In this document: one piece after another, positions 28,317-37,269 of the stretch
How the letters are laid out: each line of letters opens with the position of its first letter
How positions within the stretch are numbered: the stretch's first letter is position 1
From: Nevskiaceae bacterium
GTDB lineage: Bacteria; Pseudomonadota; Gammaproteobacteria; Steroidobacterales; Steroidobacteraceae
Reading direction: 5' to 3'
DNA: 64,000 nucleotides
Assembly: GCA_018883185.1 (NCBI GenBank)
Contig: VEQP01000007.1
Span: forward strand, 11,199-75,198
The notes under the pieces: model-generated
The model's input: the letters and a program-made list of their open reading frames with translations, nothing else
The model's database searches: none
Told to the model about the DNA's origin: nothing
Position numbers and translations under genes: made by a program

Positions 28317-28924
28317 GCCGACACCGCGCGCGCGGCTTTACCTTGATCGAATTGCTGGTCGCCATGTTCATCACCGCGCTGATGCTCGCGCTGGGCTACG
28401 GCGCGCTGACCGAAGTCATCCGTCAGCGCACGACTGTCAGCGATCAACAGCAGCAACTCGCGTTGCTGCAACGTGCCGTGCGCCTGATGGTGCAAGACTT
28501 TGCGCAACTCTCGGCGCGTCCGGTGCGCGACGTGTTGGGACGCGGCGTCGAGCCTGCGCTGCGTGCGGATCGACGCGGCACCGAACTCGTGGCCCTGACG
28601 CGCGGGGGTCGCATCGTTCCGCCGGGAACCCAGCAACCGAGCTTGCAACGCATCGAATACGAGCTGCGTGAGGAAACCTTGATCCGCCGCGTCTGGCCGG
28701 CACTCGAACGCACTCAATCGAGCACGGCGCGGCAGCGCGTGGTGTTGCGGGGCGTGCGTGGCATCGAACTGCGTTTTCTGGATGACCGCGGCGAGTGGCG
28801 AACGGAGTGGCCTGTCGAGGCCAACGAACCGCAGCGGTCGCGCTCTCGACCACGCGCCGTGGAGATCACACTCGAGACGGTACAGTTCGGCACCCTCGTT
28901 CGACTTATCGAGGTCGCCGGATGA
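28313..28924 (+). CDS. gspJ: Type II secretion minor pseudopilin GspJ
   Basis: ATG 28313 (ATGA overlap with gspI) gives MSRHRARGFTLIELLVAMFITALML. Confidence 0.8.
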   Translation: MSRHRARGFTLIELLVAMFITALMLALGYGALTEVIRQRTTVSDQQQQLALLQRAVRLMVQDFAQLSARPVRDVLGRGVEPALRADRRGTELVALTRGGRIVPPGTQQPSLQRIEYELREETLIRRVWPALERTQSSTARQRVVLRGVRGIELRFLDDRGEWRTEWPVEANEPQRSRSRPRAVEITLETVQFGTLVRLIEVAG

Positions 28925-29868
28925 GGCGCTCACGCGGTATGGCCTTGCTGACGGCGCTCATTTTGCTCGCGCTCGCCACGGCGATCGCGGCCGCCATCAC
29001 CTTCGACACAGGCATGGCGCTGCGCCGGGCGCAGGGTAGCGCCGCACAAGAACAAGCACTGTGGGTGGCCAGTGGAACCGAGGCGTTGGCGGCCGAAGCG
29101 CTGCGCGAGCAACTCTCGGAACAAACCGACGTCATACGCCCCGGTCAACCGTGGTCTGCACCGCTCGGGCCTTTGGAGGCGATCGATGGCGTGATCGTCG
29201 AGGCGCAGGTGGAGGATCTGCAGGGTCGGTTCAATCTCAACTCGCTCATCGACATGGAAGGCAAGAGCGATCCGGCCGCTAGAGAAGTCTTCGAACGATT
29301 GTTGCAGGTACTCGAAATCGAACCGCAGATCGCGGCGCGCATGACCGACTGGATCGATGCCGACGATGAGGCGCAGCCGGGCGGCGCGGAAGAGTCCATT
29401 TACTCGTCGCTGCCCGTACCCTACCGACCGCCCAACCGTCCGATCACCTCGATCAGCGAGCTGCTGTTGCTCGAAGGCATGGACGCCGAACGTTATGCGA
29501 AGCTCGCGCCGCACGTCACCGCCCTGCCCCGTGATGCGTACATCAACCTGTGCTCGGCGAGCGGCGTGCTGCTCGATGCGCTGACGGGCGAGCGCCAGTG
29601 GAGCCGCGACCCGCAGGGCCTAGAACGCAACCGGCAGCGCAGCTGCTTTCCGGGCCGCGAGGCGTTTCGCAACAGTCTCGGTAACCCGCAGGCGTTCGAG
29701 CGACTCGAGCGCAGCCTCGGTCTCGGCGAACGCTCCACGTATTTTCGCGTGCGTACACTGGCGAGCGTTGGCACGACACAGTTCTCCTTGTACAGTCTGA
29801 TGCGCCACGAGGGCAGCACGCCGGGTGAACCACGACTTCGTGTGATGCAACGGCAATTCTCCGAGTAA
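28921..29868 (+). CDS. gspK: Type II secretion minor pseudopilin GspK
   Basis: ATG 28921 (ATGA overlap with gspJ) gives MRRSRGMALLTALILLALATAIAAAI. The size, the position and the INLN / SELLLLEGM blocks fit GspK. Confidence 0.8.
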   Translation: MRRSRGMALLTALILLALATAIAAAITFDTGMALRRAQGSAAQEQALWVASGTEALAAEALREQLSEQTDVIRPGQPWSAPLGPLEAIDGVIVEAQVEDLQGRFNLNSLIDMEGKSDPAAREVFERLLQVLEIEPQIAARMTDWIDADDEAQPGGAEESIYSSLPVPYRPPNRPITSISELLLLEGMDAERYAKLAPHVTALPRDAYINLCSASGVLLDALTGERQWSRDPQGLERNRQRSCFPGREAFRNSLGNPQAFERLERSLGLGERSTYFRVRTLASVGTTQFSLYSLMRHEGSTPGEPRLRVMQRQFSE

Positions 29869-29879
29869 GCCACAGACCC

Positions 29880-31124
29880 ATGACTGAAACGCTGCTGTTA
29901 CGCCCGTCGTCCAATGCGGAGGATCGCTTCGATAGCGTCGTGCTTGATGGCGATGGGTGCATCGTTGCGCAGTCCACAGCTGAAAGGCGTGAAGCCATCG
30001 AATTGGCCGCCAACGGCCGCAAGATCATTGGTCTCATTCCAGGGGGCGACGTGCTGCTGACAGCTGTGCGCCTGCCGCCCATGGCGGCCTCGAAATTGCG
30101 ACAAGGCATCGCCTACGCACTCGAGGATCAACTGATCGACGACCTCGAGGCGCAGCATTTCGCGCTCGGTGATCGTGTGGGTGAGGAACAGACCGTCGGC
30201 GTCATCGCCCGTCGCAAGTTGCAGTACTGGCTCGATCGCTTTGCCGCGGTCGGCATCGCGCCACGGGCGCTGCACGCCGATGCGACGTGCATTGCGCGCA
30301 AGCCCGGCGATCTTTTGGTTTGGATCGACGGCGACGAGGCGCGCATCGTTCCGCCTGAGGGCGCCACGGACTACTCACCAATGGCGCTGCTGGAGGAGTC
30401 GCTGCGTACCCGCCTTGCGGCAGAGGGTGCGACGTCTCTCGGGATTTGGGTTTATGCGACCCCGACTGATCTCGAGCGACATGGCGAACTCATCGAGCTG
30501 CTCCGCCGACTCGGTGCGCCCCTGCAAGTGCACACCTTGCCATCCGGACCCCTGCCGTGGCTCGCGACCCACTGGTCGATGGCACGCCCCCTCAACTTGC
30601 TGCAGGCCGAGTACGCGCCTCGTGCGGCCATCAACCTGACATGGCTTCGTTGGCGCTGGGCGGCAGCGCTCGGCGCAGTGCTCGTCTTGGCGCATCTCGG
30701 CGCACGCGAACTCGAATGGGCACACCTTCAGCAACTCGAACGCGATCTCGATGCGCAACTACAGAGCCAAGCCTCGATGGTGCAACCGGGTGTGAGCTCG
30801 GCTGATGCCGCGGCGGCGATGCTGCGCCGCCAACTGCAGCGCCTGCAGGCGGGCGACACCGTCGACCCTCGGGCCTTGCGCGAACTCGAGCGCTTGGCGC
30901 TCGCACGCGCACAGGTGGCGGACGTGCGGGTGCAACGCCTACAGCAGCGGCCGGACGGCACGACCGTTGTGATTCGTACCGCTGCGGCGGATGTGGCCGA
31001 GGCCTTTGCCGAGGCCTTGCGCGGCACGGGTGTGCCGCTGCAGCCGATCGAGATCCGGAGCACCGACAGCGGTATCGAAGCCACCTTGCGCTGGCGCGTA
31101 CCACGCGGAGCGCAACCCACATGA
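29880..31124 (+). CDS. gspL: Type II secretion inner-membrane platform protein GspL
   Basis: 414 aa. VRLPPMAASKLRQGIAYALEDQL is a typical GspL N-domain block. It has a single central TM segment. Confidence 0.8.
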   Translation: MTETLLLRPSSNAEDRFDSVVLDGDGCIVAQSTAERREAIELAANGRKIIGLIPGGDVLLTAVRLPPMAASKLRQGIAYALEDQLIDDLEAQHFALGDRVGEEQTVGVIARRKLQYWLDRFAAVGIAPRALHADATCIARKPGDLLVWIDGDEARIVPPEGATDYSPMALLEESLRTRLAAEGATSLGIWVYATPTDLERHGELIELLRRLGAPLQVHTLPSGPLPWLATHWSMARPLNLLQAEYAPRAAINLTWLRWRWAAALGAVLVLAHLGARELEWAHLQQLERDLDAQLQSQASMVQPGVSSADAAAAMLRRQLQRLQAGDTVDPRALRELERLALARAQVADVRVQRLQQRPDGTTVVIRTAAADVAEAFAEALRGTGVPLQPIEIRSTDSGIEATLRWRVPRGAQPT

Positions 31125-31630
31125 GGCTGAGCTGGCCCACGCCCCTGATCGACCTGGGTGAACGCGTGGCCAGCCGCTACGCGCAGTTGTCGCTGCGCGA
31201 TCGGCGTGCCCTCGCCCTCGGCGCCACGGCAGTCACGCTAATTCCGCTGCTCGCCCTGATGTTCCACGTCACCGAGCGCAACTGGGCCGCGCAGGGCCGC
31301 ATCGCCGACAAACGCAGCGTGCTGCAGCAATGGAACGCCCATCAGCCGCAGTGGCAGGCGAGCGGCCTTGCAGGCGTGCCCATCGATTTGTCATTGCAAC
31401 AACGACTCGAGGCGGCGCGCAGTGCGGCGGGCTTGTCCTCGGCGGCCTTTCGCGTGACGGAGCAAGCTCCGCGCACGGTACTGCTGCAACTGGACGCCGC
31501 CGATTTCGCGAGCATCGTCGCGTTACTCGCGCAAATGTCCGCCGAAGGCGTCAGCATCGAATCGGTGGAGCTCGCAGCCGCTGCAAGTCCCGGGGCGGTG
31601 TCGGGCACCTTGTTGTTGCGGGGACCATGA
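31121..31630 (+). CDS. gspM: Type II secretion protein GspM
   Basis: 169 aa. ATGA overlap with gspL. N-terminal LSLRDRRAL followed by a TM helix. Confidence 0.7.
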   Translation: MRLSWPTPLIDLGERVASRYAQLSLRDRRALALGATAVTLIPLLALMFHVTERNWAAQGRIADKRSVLQQWNAHQPQWQASGLAGVPIDLSLQQRLEAARSAAGLSSAAFRVTEQAPRTVLLQLDAADFASIVALLAQMSAEGVSIESVELAAAASPGAVSGTLLLRGP

Positions 31631-32439
31631 CGCTGCGGCGTCTGCTCGGCAGGCTGTTGGCCGGGCTGCTGATCGGCAGCCTCATCTGGTTGCCCGCGCG
31701 CACCCTCGGTCCCCTGATGCCGAATGGCGTGCAGTGTGAGGCGTGGCACGGTCGAGTGTGGGATGGTCGGTGCGCAAATCTGCGCATCCAAACAGCGAGT
31801 TTCGGCGAAATCCAGTGGGACCTACGTACGGCCTCGCCGCTCGGTCTGCGGCCCGAACTTGCACTGCGCTGGGCACAGGCCGATTCAACCGTTGAGGCAA
31901 GGGCAACCCTCGCCGGTACTCGGCACATCGAATTCCGCGAGCTGCGCGCGGATCTCGCCTTTGCAACGTTGCGCGAGTCCCTGCCGGCAGCGTTACTCAG
32001 CCAAGTGACCTTGCCCCGAGCAGGTCGGTTACGAAGTTCGGATCTCGGATTCTCGCTGCGCCGCACCGAAGGGGGAGCGTGGCTACCCTCCCGCGTCGTC
32101 GGCTTCGCCCAAGTGAGCGGACTGGTTTATTCGGCGGGTCCTGCCGCCGCCGAGCCGATAGTGCTTGGCGATTACGAGGTCGCGTTCGGCGCCCAATCGG
32201 CTGGCGCCGACCCCACGGTCGCGCCGCAGGGCGCATCGCAGGACATCGTCGCCCGGGTGCGCGATCTGGGTGGACCGCTCCTGCTCCAAGGCAGGCTGCG
32301 CTGGCAACCCGCCGAGGCCCGCTACCGACTCGATGCCCAAGTTCAGGCGCGCAATTCGAGCGTCCGTGTACTGCTAGATCCGCTTGGGCCCGCCGCCCCG
32401 GATGGCAGCCGTGAGCTATCTCTCGAAGGCAATTACTAG
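31627..32439 (+). CDS. gspN: Type II secretion protein GspN
   Basis: ATG 31627 (ATGA overlap with gspM) gives MTLRRLLGRLLAGLLIGSLIWLP. The position and the G.VWDG block fit GspN. Confidence 0.6.
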   Translation: MTLRRLLGRLLAGLLIGSLIWLPARTLGPLMPNGVQCEAWHGRVWDGRCANLRIQTASFGEIQWDLRTASPLGLRPELALRWAQADSTVEARATLAGTRHIEFRELRADLAFATLRESLPAALLSQVTLPRAGRLRSSDLGFSLRRTEGGAWLPSRVVGFAQVSGLVYSAGPAAAEPIVLGDYEVAFGAQSAGADPTVAPQGASQDIVARVRDLGGPLLLQGRLRWQPAEARYRLDAQVQARNSSVRVLLDPLGPAAPDGSRELSLEGNY

Positions 32440-32457
32440 CTGTTATTTATCAGTTAG

Positions 32458-33687
32458 TTATGAAGCTTTCTTACGGTAGTCTTCGAGCAATTCGCCCATA
32501 CGGCTGAAGACCGTGCGCAGGGTTTCGGCGTCAGGCAAGTTAGTGATCCGAAAGTGGTTGCGGTAGGGCACGTTGAAACTGACCCCGGGAGCGACCAGCA
32601 CGTGCTTGCGCTCCAGCAAATCGAGCGCGAAGGCTTGATCGTCGAACTGCGGCACCGTTTCGTTCACCCCGACGAAGGCGTACAGCGCCCCTTGAGGGCT
32701 CGACACCGTCAGCGAAGGGTTCTCGGCGACGGATTCGATGATGGCCCGACGTGATTCGTATAGCCGACCGCCCGGCCGCGTCAGCTCCTTAATGCTCTGA
32801 TAGCCCCCGAGTGCCGTCTGCACGGCCCATTGCCCGGGCACGTTGCTGCACAGCCGTAACGAGGCCAAGAGCTCCAAGCCGGCGAGAAATTCCCCAGCCG
32901 CCTTGAGCTTTCCGGAAACGACGGCCCAGCCCACGCGGTAGCCGCACGCCCGATAGACCTTCGAGAGGCCCGACATGGTCACGCAGACCGTATCGCGCAC
33001 GAGTGGCGCCACGGGTACGAACTCCGCACCGTCATAGGTGATCTGATCGTAGATCTCATCGCAGAGCAGCACGAGACCGCGCCGCTCGGCGAGCCGCACG
33101 ATGCCCTCGATAACCTCTCGTGGATACACGGCACCGGTCGGGTTATTCGGGTTGACGATGACGATGGCTCGGGTTCGCGGCGTGACCAGCGACTCGATCT
33201 CAGCCGGATCGGGTACGAAGCCATTTTCCGGGCGGCAGGCGTAGTGCACCGCTCGCCCGCGGTTGAGGTTCACAGCCGCAGACCACAACGGATAATCGGG
33301 ACTCGGTACCAAGACCTCGTCACCCTCGTTCAGCAAGGCACGCAACGTGAGATCGATGAGTTCGCTCACACCATTGCCGATGAACACCTCCTCGGCACTG
33401 ACGCCGCTGACGCCCCGCCCCTGCTGCTGCATGACCACGGCCTCACGGGCCGGGAAAATGCCTTTCTGGTGGCAGTACCCCTCACTGTCGGGAAAGTTTT
33501 CGATCATCGCGAGTCGCATCGTTTCCGGCGTGCGAAAACCGAATAGAGCCGGATTGCCGATGTTGAGCGAGATGATCTCGTACCCCTTGCGGGCGAGCTC
33601 CAAGGCGCGCCTAGCTAAATTGCCGCGAATCTCATAGCGGACGTTGCGTAGGCTGTCGCTGGTGCGGATGGTTTGCTCGACGGTCAT
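32458..33687 (-). CDS. alaA: Glutamate-pyruvate (alanine) aminotransferase
   Basis: ATG 33687. It is colinear with E. coli AlaA along its whole length as I recall it (LRNVRYEIRG, LNIGNPA.FGF, GNGVSELI, NPNNPTGAVY, SGLSKVYRACGYR, LGGYQSI). Confidence 0.85.
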   Translation of the reverse strand: MTVEQTIRTSDSLRNVRYEIRGNLARRALELARKGYEIISLNIGNPALFGFRTPETMRLAMIENFPDSEGYCHQKGIFPAREAVVMQQQGRGVSGVSAEEVFIGNGVSELIDLTLRALLNEGDEVLVPSPDYPLWSAAVNLNRGRAVHYACRPENGFVPDPAEIESLVTPRTRAIVIVNPNNPTGAVYPREVIEGIVRLAERRGLVLLCDEIYDQITYDGAEFVPVAPLVRDTVCVTMSGLSKVYRACGYRVGWAVVSGKLKAAGEFLAGLELLASLRLCSNVPGQWAVQTALGGYQSIKELTRPGGRLYESRRAIIESVAENPSLTVSSPQGALYAFVGVNETVPQFDDQAFALDLLERKHVLVAPGVSFNVPYRNHFRITNLPDAETLRTVFSRMGELLEDYRKKAS

Positions 33688-33788
33688 GCTCGGCTCTCTA
33701 CTGGGTGTGGCTCGCCCCATGGCGGTGCGCAAGGATAGCGACTGTCCCGTACGGCCGCACGTCTGGCAGCGTTATCATTCGCATCACC

Positions 33789-34994
33789 ATGAGCCGATCC
33801 GAACGCCCCCGAGCCACTCCCCGTCCGCCACGCATCGATGCGCTCGCGCGACCGACCCACGACGAACTTGCTCGTCAACGTTTCGTCTCGACCCTGCGCA
33901 AGCGAGTCATGGTCGACCTTGCCCAACAGATGCGACGCCACTACCACGCGTCGGTCGAGCCGCAGTTTCGGCAACAGCACGGGCGAGCTCCGCAGCATGC
34001 CACCGACATTCGGCAGGTCATGCGCGAGGACGGGTTTTTCAAGGCATGGAGCGCTTTGCGCTATGCGGCCCAGCAACAGACTTGGTGGTCGGTGCAGCCA
34101 CAGGTGGAGCGAAATACCGCAGCCATCACCGCAGAGGCCGCTGCGGTGGCGCGGCGGCGCGGTCGAGGCTCGCTGCAGCTGAACGCAACCCTGCCCATGC
34201 CGCGCGATGTGACCGCGATGGACATCCACCTGATGCCAGGGTGCTTTCACACCGAATACAGCCCGGGAGATGTCAGCACCGCGGCGATGTACTGGCACGG
34301 TACGGCCGTGTTTTCGGCCGGCTTGAAGATGCGCCACAACGGCGGTGGCGTAGCACGGTCGATCGCGCAGTTCCTGCGCTACAGCAGACCTGAGTTCAAA
34401 CCGCGGCACATGCTCGACATCGGCTGCTCAGCCGGCAACCAGTTGCTGCCCTACCTCGACGTCTACCCCAAGCTGGTTGGACACGGCGTCGATGTCTCTG
34501 CACCGCTGCTGCGCTATGCACATGCCCGCGCGCGGTCGCTCGGCTATACCGTCCACTACTCGCAGCAAGACGCCCGCGAGCTCGATTACCCGGATGGCAG
34601 TTTTGATCTTGTAGTGTCGAGTTTTTTCCTTCACGAGCAATCGCCGACGACGAATCGCAAGGTGCTGCGCGAGGCCTATCGGGTGCTGAGACCGGGCGGC
34701 ATCATGGTGCACATGGAACTACCGCCGGCCGATGCCGTCGACCCTTACTACAACTTCTATCTCGATTGGGACGCCTACTACAACAACGAGCCGCACTACG
34801 CGAGCTTTAGAAAGTTTGATCTCGCGACCGAGTGTGCGAAAGCGGGTTTTTCCGCCGAAGGGTATTTCGCACGACGTATTCCTAACTGGGGCACCGTAAG
34901 GGAGAGTGAATTCGCGGAGTCGGCTCGAGGCGAAAGGCCCGCTCCCGAGCACGGCAACGGCGCAAGTTGGTACATCTTCGGCGCTGTACGCTAA
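33789..34994 (+). CDS. Class I SAM-dependent methyltransferase with N-terminal extension (paralogue 2)
   Basis: ATG 33789. Motif I is LDIGCSAGN, with FDLVVSSFFLHE and LRPGG. The N-domain block HDELARQRFV...VEPQFRQQHGRAP matches 4546-5727. Confidence 0.8.
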   Translation: MSRSERPRATPRPPRIDALARPTHDELARQRFVSTLRKRVMVDLAQQMRRHYHASVEPQFRQQHGRAPQHATDIRQVMREDGFFKAWSALRYAAQQQTWWSVQPQVERNTAAITAEAAAVARRRGRGSLQLNATLPMPRDVTAMDIHLMPGCFHTEYSPGDVSTAAMYWHGTAVFSAGLKMRHNGGGVARSIAQFLRYSRPEFKPRHMLDIGCSAGNQLLPYLDVYPKLVGHGVDVSAPLLRYAHARARSLGYTVHYSQQDARELDYPDGSFDLVVSSFFLHEQSPTTNRKVLREAYRVLRPGGIMVHMELPPADAVDPYYNFYLDWDAYYNNEPHYASFRKFDLATECAKAGFSAEGYFARRIPNWGTVRESEFAESARGERPAPEHGNGASWYIFGAVR

Positions 34995-35040
34995 AGCTAC
35001 AGCGCAACTCGCGCACGAGAACCGTCGCAGCCGATAAATA

Positions 35041-35069
35041 AAAAAGGGCCGCATAAAGCGGCCCTTTTT
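35041..35069. terminator. Bidirectional rho-independent terminator between the convergent methyltransferase and cupin genes
   Basis: AAAAAGGGCCGC-ATAAA-GCGGCCCTTTTT, a perfect stem flanked by A5 and T5. Confidence 0.8.
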
Positions 35070-35115
35070 GCAGTCAAAGCCCCACGCATTCTTCGCTGCG
35101 CGGTGGACTACACCA

Positions 35116-36066
35116 TCAGCGCCGACGGCGCTTCTTCTTGTGTTTGTGTTCGACCATGCCATCACCATGGTGATGCGCACGATCGCCGTGCGCATGGCCG
35201 TGATCGAACTCGAAGTCGATCGGGTGGTTATGGCCGTGGGTGTTGATCCATTTATACATCTCGGGGTTGCGATGCAGTATGCGGCTCGCCGCACGCTCTT
35301 GGTTCTCCTCGATGTTCGTCCACGGATTGAAGTGAAAGTGGTTATAGAGCAGCGTATCCGTGCGCCCGATAGCAAGGATCCCGAGTTTCGAGGCGAATGC
35401 ACCGTGGTTAATGTACGGCGGGCGCCAGAAGTAGCCGCCCGTGGGCAGATCGCCGAACTGCATCATCCACGAGGTGCCCCAGATGTGGTACGCCTCCTCG
35501 CTGCAGTCGTGATAGGAAATGTTGTCCTGCCAGAAGTTCGGCGTCATGCAGTACATGAACGTGAAGCCATGGGTGCGCGGATCGAACCGCAGAATCTTCA
35601 CCATGCAACCGGGCGCGGTAGCCGGGAAGAAGTTGGTGGAGGTCCAGTGAAGATTGTCGTAGGCATTGACCGCGGCATAGCGGTCGCGCTCGGCCTGCGG
35701 ATGATCACTGTCCGACTCGACGAACGAGGGCTCGCCGTAGTTGTAGAAAATGAGTCCCGTCGCACCACGCGGTGAGCTGAGCGCCTCGAGCGCGACACCG
35801 GCGGGTACGAAGACATAGCTTCCCGGTCCCCAGACTTTCTCGCCGATGGTGATCGAACCCGACATGATGAAGAGTTCGTACTCGGTGTAGCTCATGCCGG
35901 GCGGCTGCTTATAGCCGGGCTCGAACAACACCGTCATGGATGAGGCGCCGTTGTCGGTGTCGAGCGACAACATTTTGTATTGCATGCCCTTCGGGAACCC
36001 GGGCAGGGTCATCTTCTTGAAGGGTACGTCGCGGTCAACGAACGGTTCGATATGCGGGCGTGCCAT
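35116..36066 (-). CDS. Bicupin-like protein with C-terminal His-rich and Lys/Arg tail
   Basis: 316 aa. Two beta-rich halves with cupin-like GxxxxxPxG patterns (VWGPGSYVFVPAGV). The last 41 aa contain 11 His, and the protein ends in KHKKKRRRR. Confidence 0.55.
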   Translation of the reverse strand: MARPHIEPFVDRDVPFKKMTLPGFPKGMQYKMLSLDTDNGASSMTVLFEPGYKQPPGMSYTEYELFIMSGSITIGEKVWGPGSYVFVPAGVALEALSSPRGATGLIFYNYGEPSFVESDSDHPQAERDRYAAVNAYDNLHWTSTNFFPATAPGCMVKILRFDPRTHGFTFMYCMTPNFWQDNISYHDCSEEAYHIWGTSWMMQFGDLPTGGYFWRPPYINHGAFASKLGILAIGRTDTLLYNHFHFNPWTNIEENQERAASRILHRNPEMYKWINTHGHNHPIDFEFDHGHAHGDRAHHHGDGMVEHKHKKKRRRR

Positions 36067-36080
36067 GTTTCTGTCCTCTC

Positions 36081-36335
36081 TTAGAATACGACCTTGAATT
36101 TGCGCTTCGGCTTGACGGGAATTTCTTCCGGCCGGACCTTACGCATCTGGTCATAGTGAGTGTGCACACCACGGGTCTGGATGCGCTGCAGAAACTCGGC
36201 GATCCACTTGTCCCGCTTAGGCGTCAGTGCCTCCTGCTCGGCGACAATCTTGCGATATCGGCGCTTCTGCTCGACGATTTCCTTCTTCAGCCAAGCCTCG
36301 GCCTCGCGGCTTCGCTTGTTTTCGATGAACTTCAT
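36081..36335 (-). CDS. Small highly basic hypothetical protein
   Basis: ATG 36335 is preceded by a strong AGGAGG SD. 84 aa and K/R/E-rich (MKFIENKRSREAEAWLKKEIVEQKRRYRK...). No recognised family. Confidence 0.5.
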   Translation of the reverse strand: MKFIENKRSREAEAWLKKEIVEQKRRYRKIVAEQEALTPKRDKWIAEFLQRIQTRGVHTHYDQMRKVRPEEIPVKPKRKFKVVF

Positions 36336-36424
36336 GCCTCTGCCCTCCTGGTGCAATCCACCGTGGCCCCCAAAACCCAGTCGACTATACCGCTGAATTC
36401 ACCCGGCGCGAGTCATCGCGGTCC

Positions 36425-37192
36425 CTAGCCCTTCGCCTTGTCCGCCCTGCGACCTGTTTGCTGGGACACAGATGGACGCTTGCCGACCCCTGTCGGCCTG
36501 CGCTTTTGGGTCAATTGACTGCGACCAAACAAGGCCTCGCGGGCCTTGGCATCGGGATTACCGATTTTTTCACTTTTCGCGAGCACTTCCATGGCGCGCT
36601 GCACGGCGGGTCGTGCCGCGATCGCCTCGTACCAGCGCTGCACGTTGGGAAACTCGCCGAGCTCGATTCGATGCAGCCAGCGAACGCGCATCCAAGGCCA
36701 GGTAGCCATGTCGGCGATGGAATAAGGCCCCGCCAAGTACTCGACCTGCTTCAGCCGTCGATCCATAACCCCGTAGAGGCGCAAAGTTTCGTTACGGTAG
36801 CGATCGATCGCATACGGGATCTTACGCGGCGCATAGCCGAGGAAATGTCCGCATTGACCGAACATCGGCCCGACGTTGGCGACTTGGAAGGTGAGCCACT
36901 GCAGCACCGTGTAGCGCGCTCGGCGCTCCCTCGGCAGAAATCGCCCGGTCTTCTCGGCGAGGTACTGCAGGATCGCACCCGACTCAAACAGGGCAAAGGG
37001 TTCCCCACCCGGCCCCTCGTGATCGACGATGGCCGGGATCTTGTTGTTCGGATTGATCTTCAGGAACGATGGCTTGAACTGCTCGCCGCGCAGCATGTTC
37101 ACCGGCTTAACTCGATAATCGAGGCCACACTCCTCGAGCATGATGGGAATCTTTTGGCCATTCGGCGTCGGCCAGAAATACAAATCGATCAC
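36425..37192 (-). CDS. Glutathione S-transferase, YfcG/YghU (Nu-class)-like
   Basis: GTG 37192 gives VIDLYFWPTPNGQKIPIMLEE...INPNNKIPAIVD, matching the E. coli YfcG N-terminus as I recall it. It has a basic C-terminal extension. Confidence 0.8.
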   Translation of the reverse strand: MIDLYFWPTPNGQKIPIMLEECGLDYRVKPVNMLRGEQFKPSFLKINPNNKIPAIVDHEGPGGEPFALFESGAILQYLAEKTGRFLPRERRARYTVLQWLTFQVANVGPMFGQCGHFLGYAPRKIPYAIDRYRNETLRLYGVMDRRLKQVEYLAGPYSIADMATWPWMRVRWLHRIELGEFPNVQRWYEAIAARPAVQRAMEVLAKSEKIGNPDAKAREALFGRSQLTQKRRPTGVGKRPSVSQQTGRRADKAKG

Positions 37193-37269
37193 GCGCCCTC
37201 CACAGCCTGCACACACAACCGTACACTGCGAGAACCATAGCAGGTCGAGTCCGCCCTAGGAGATAGTCG

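Noticed and set aside
36081-36335. Whether the 84-aa basic protein is a fourth member of the small coiled-coil S family.
   Set aside because: It lacks the F.DP..D.L...L..ELSV..eR.d.LE.LL core and shares only its basic, helical character.
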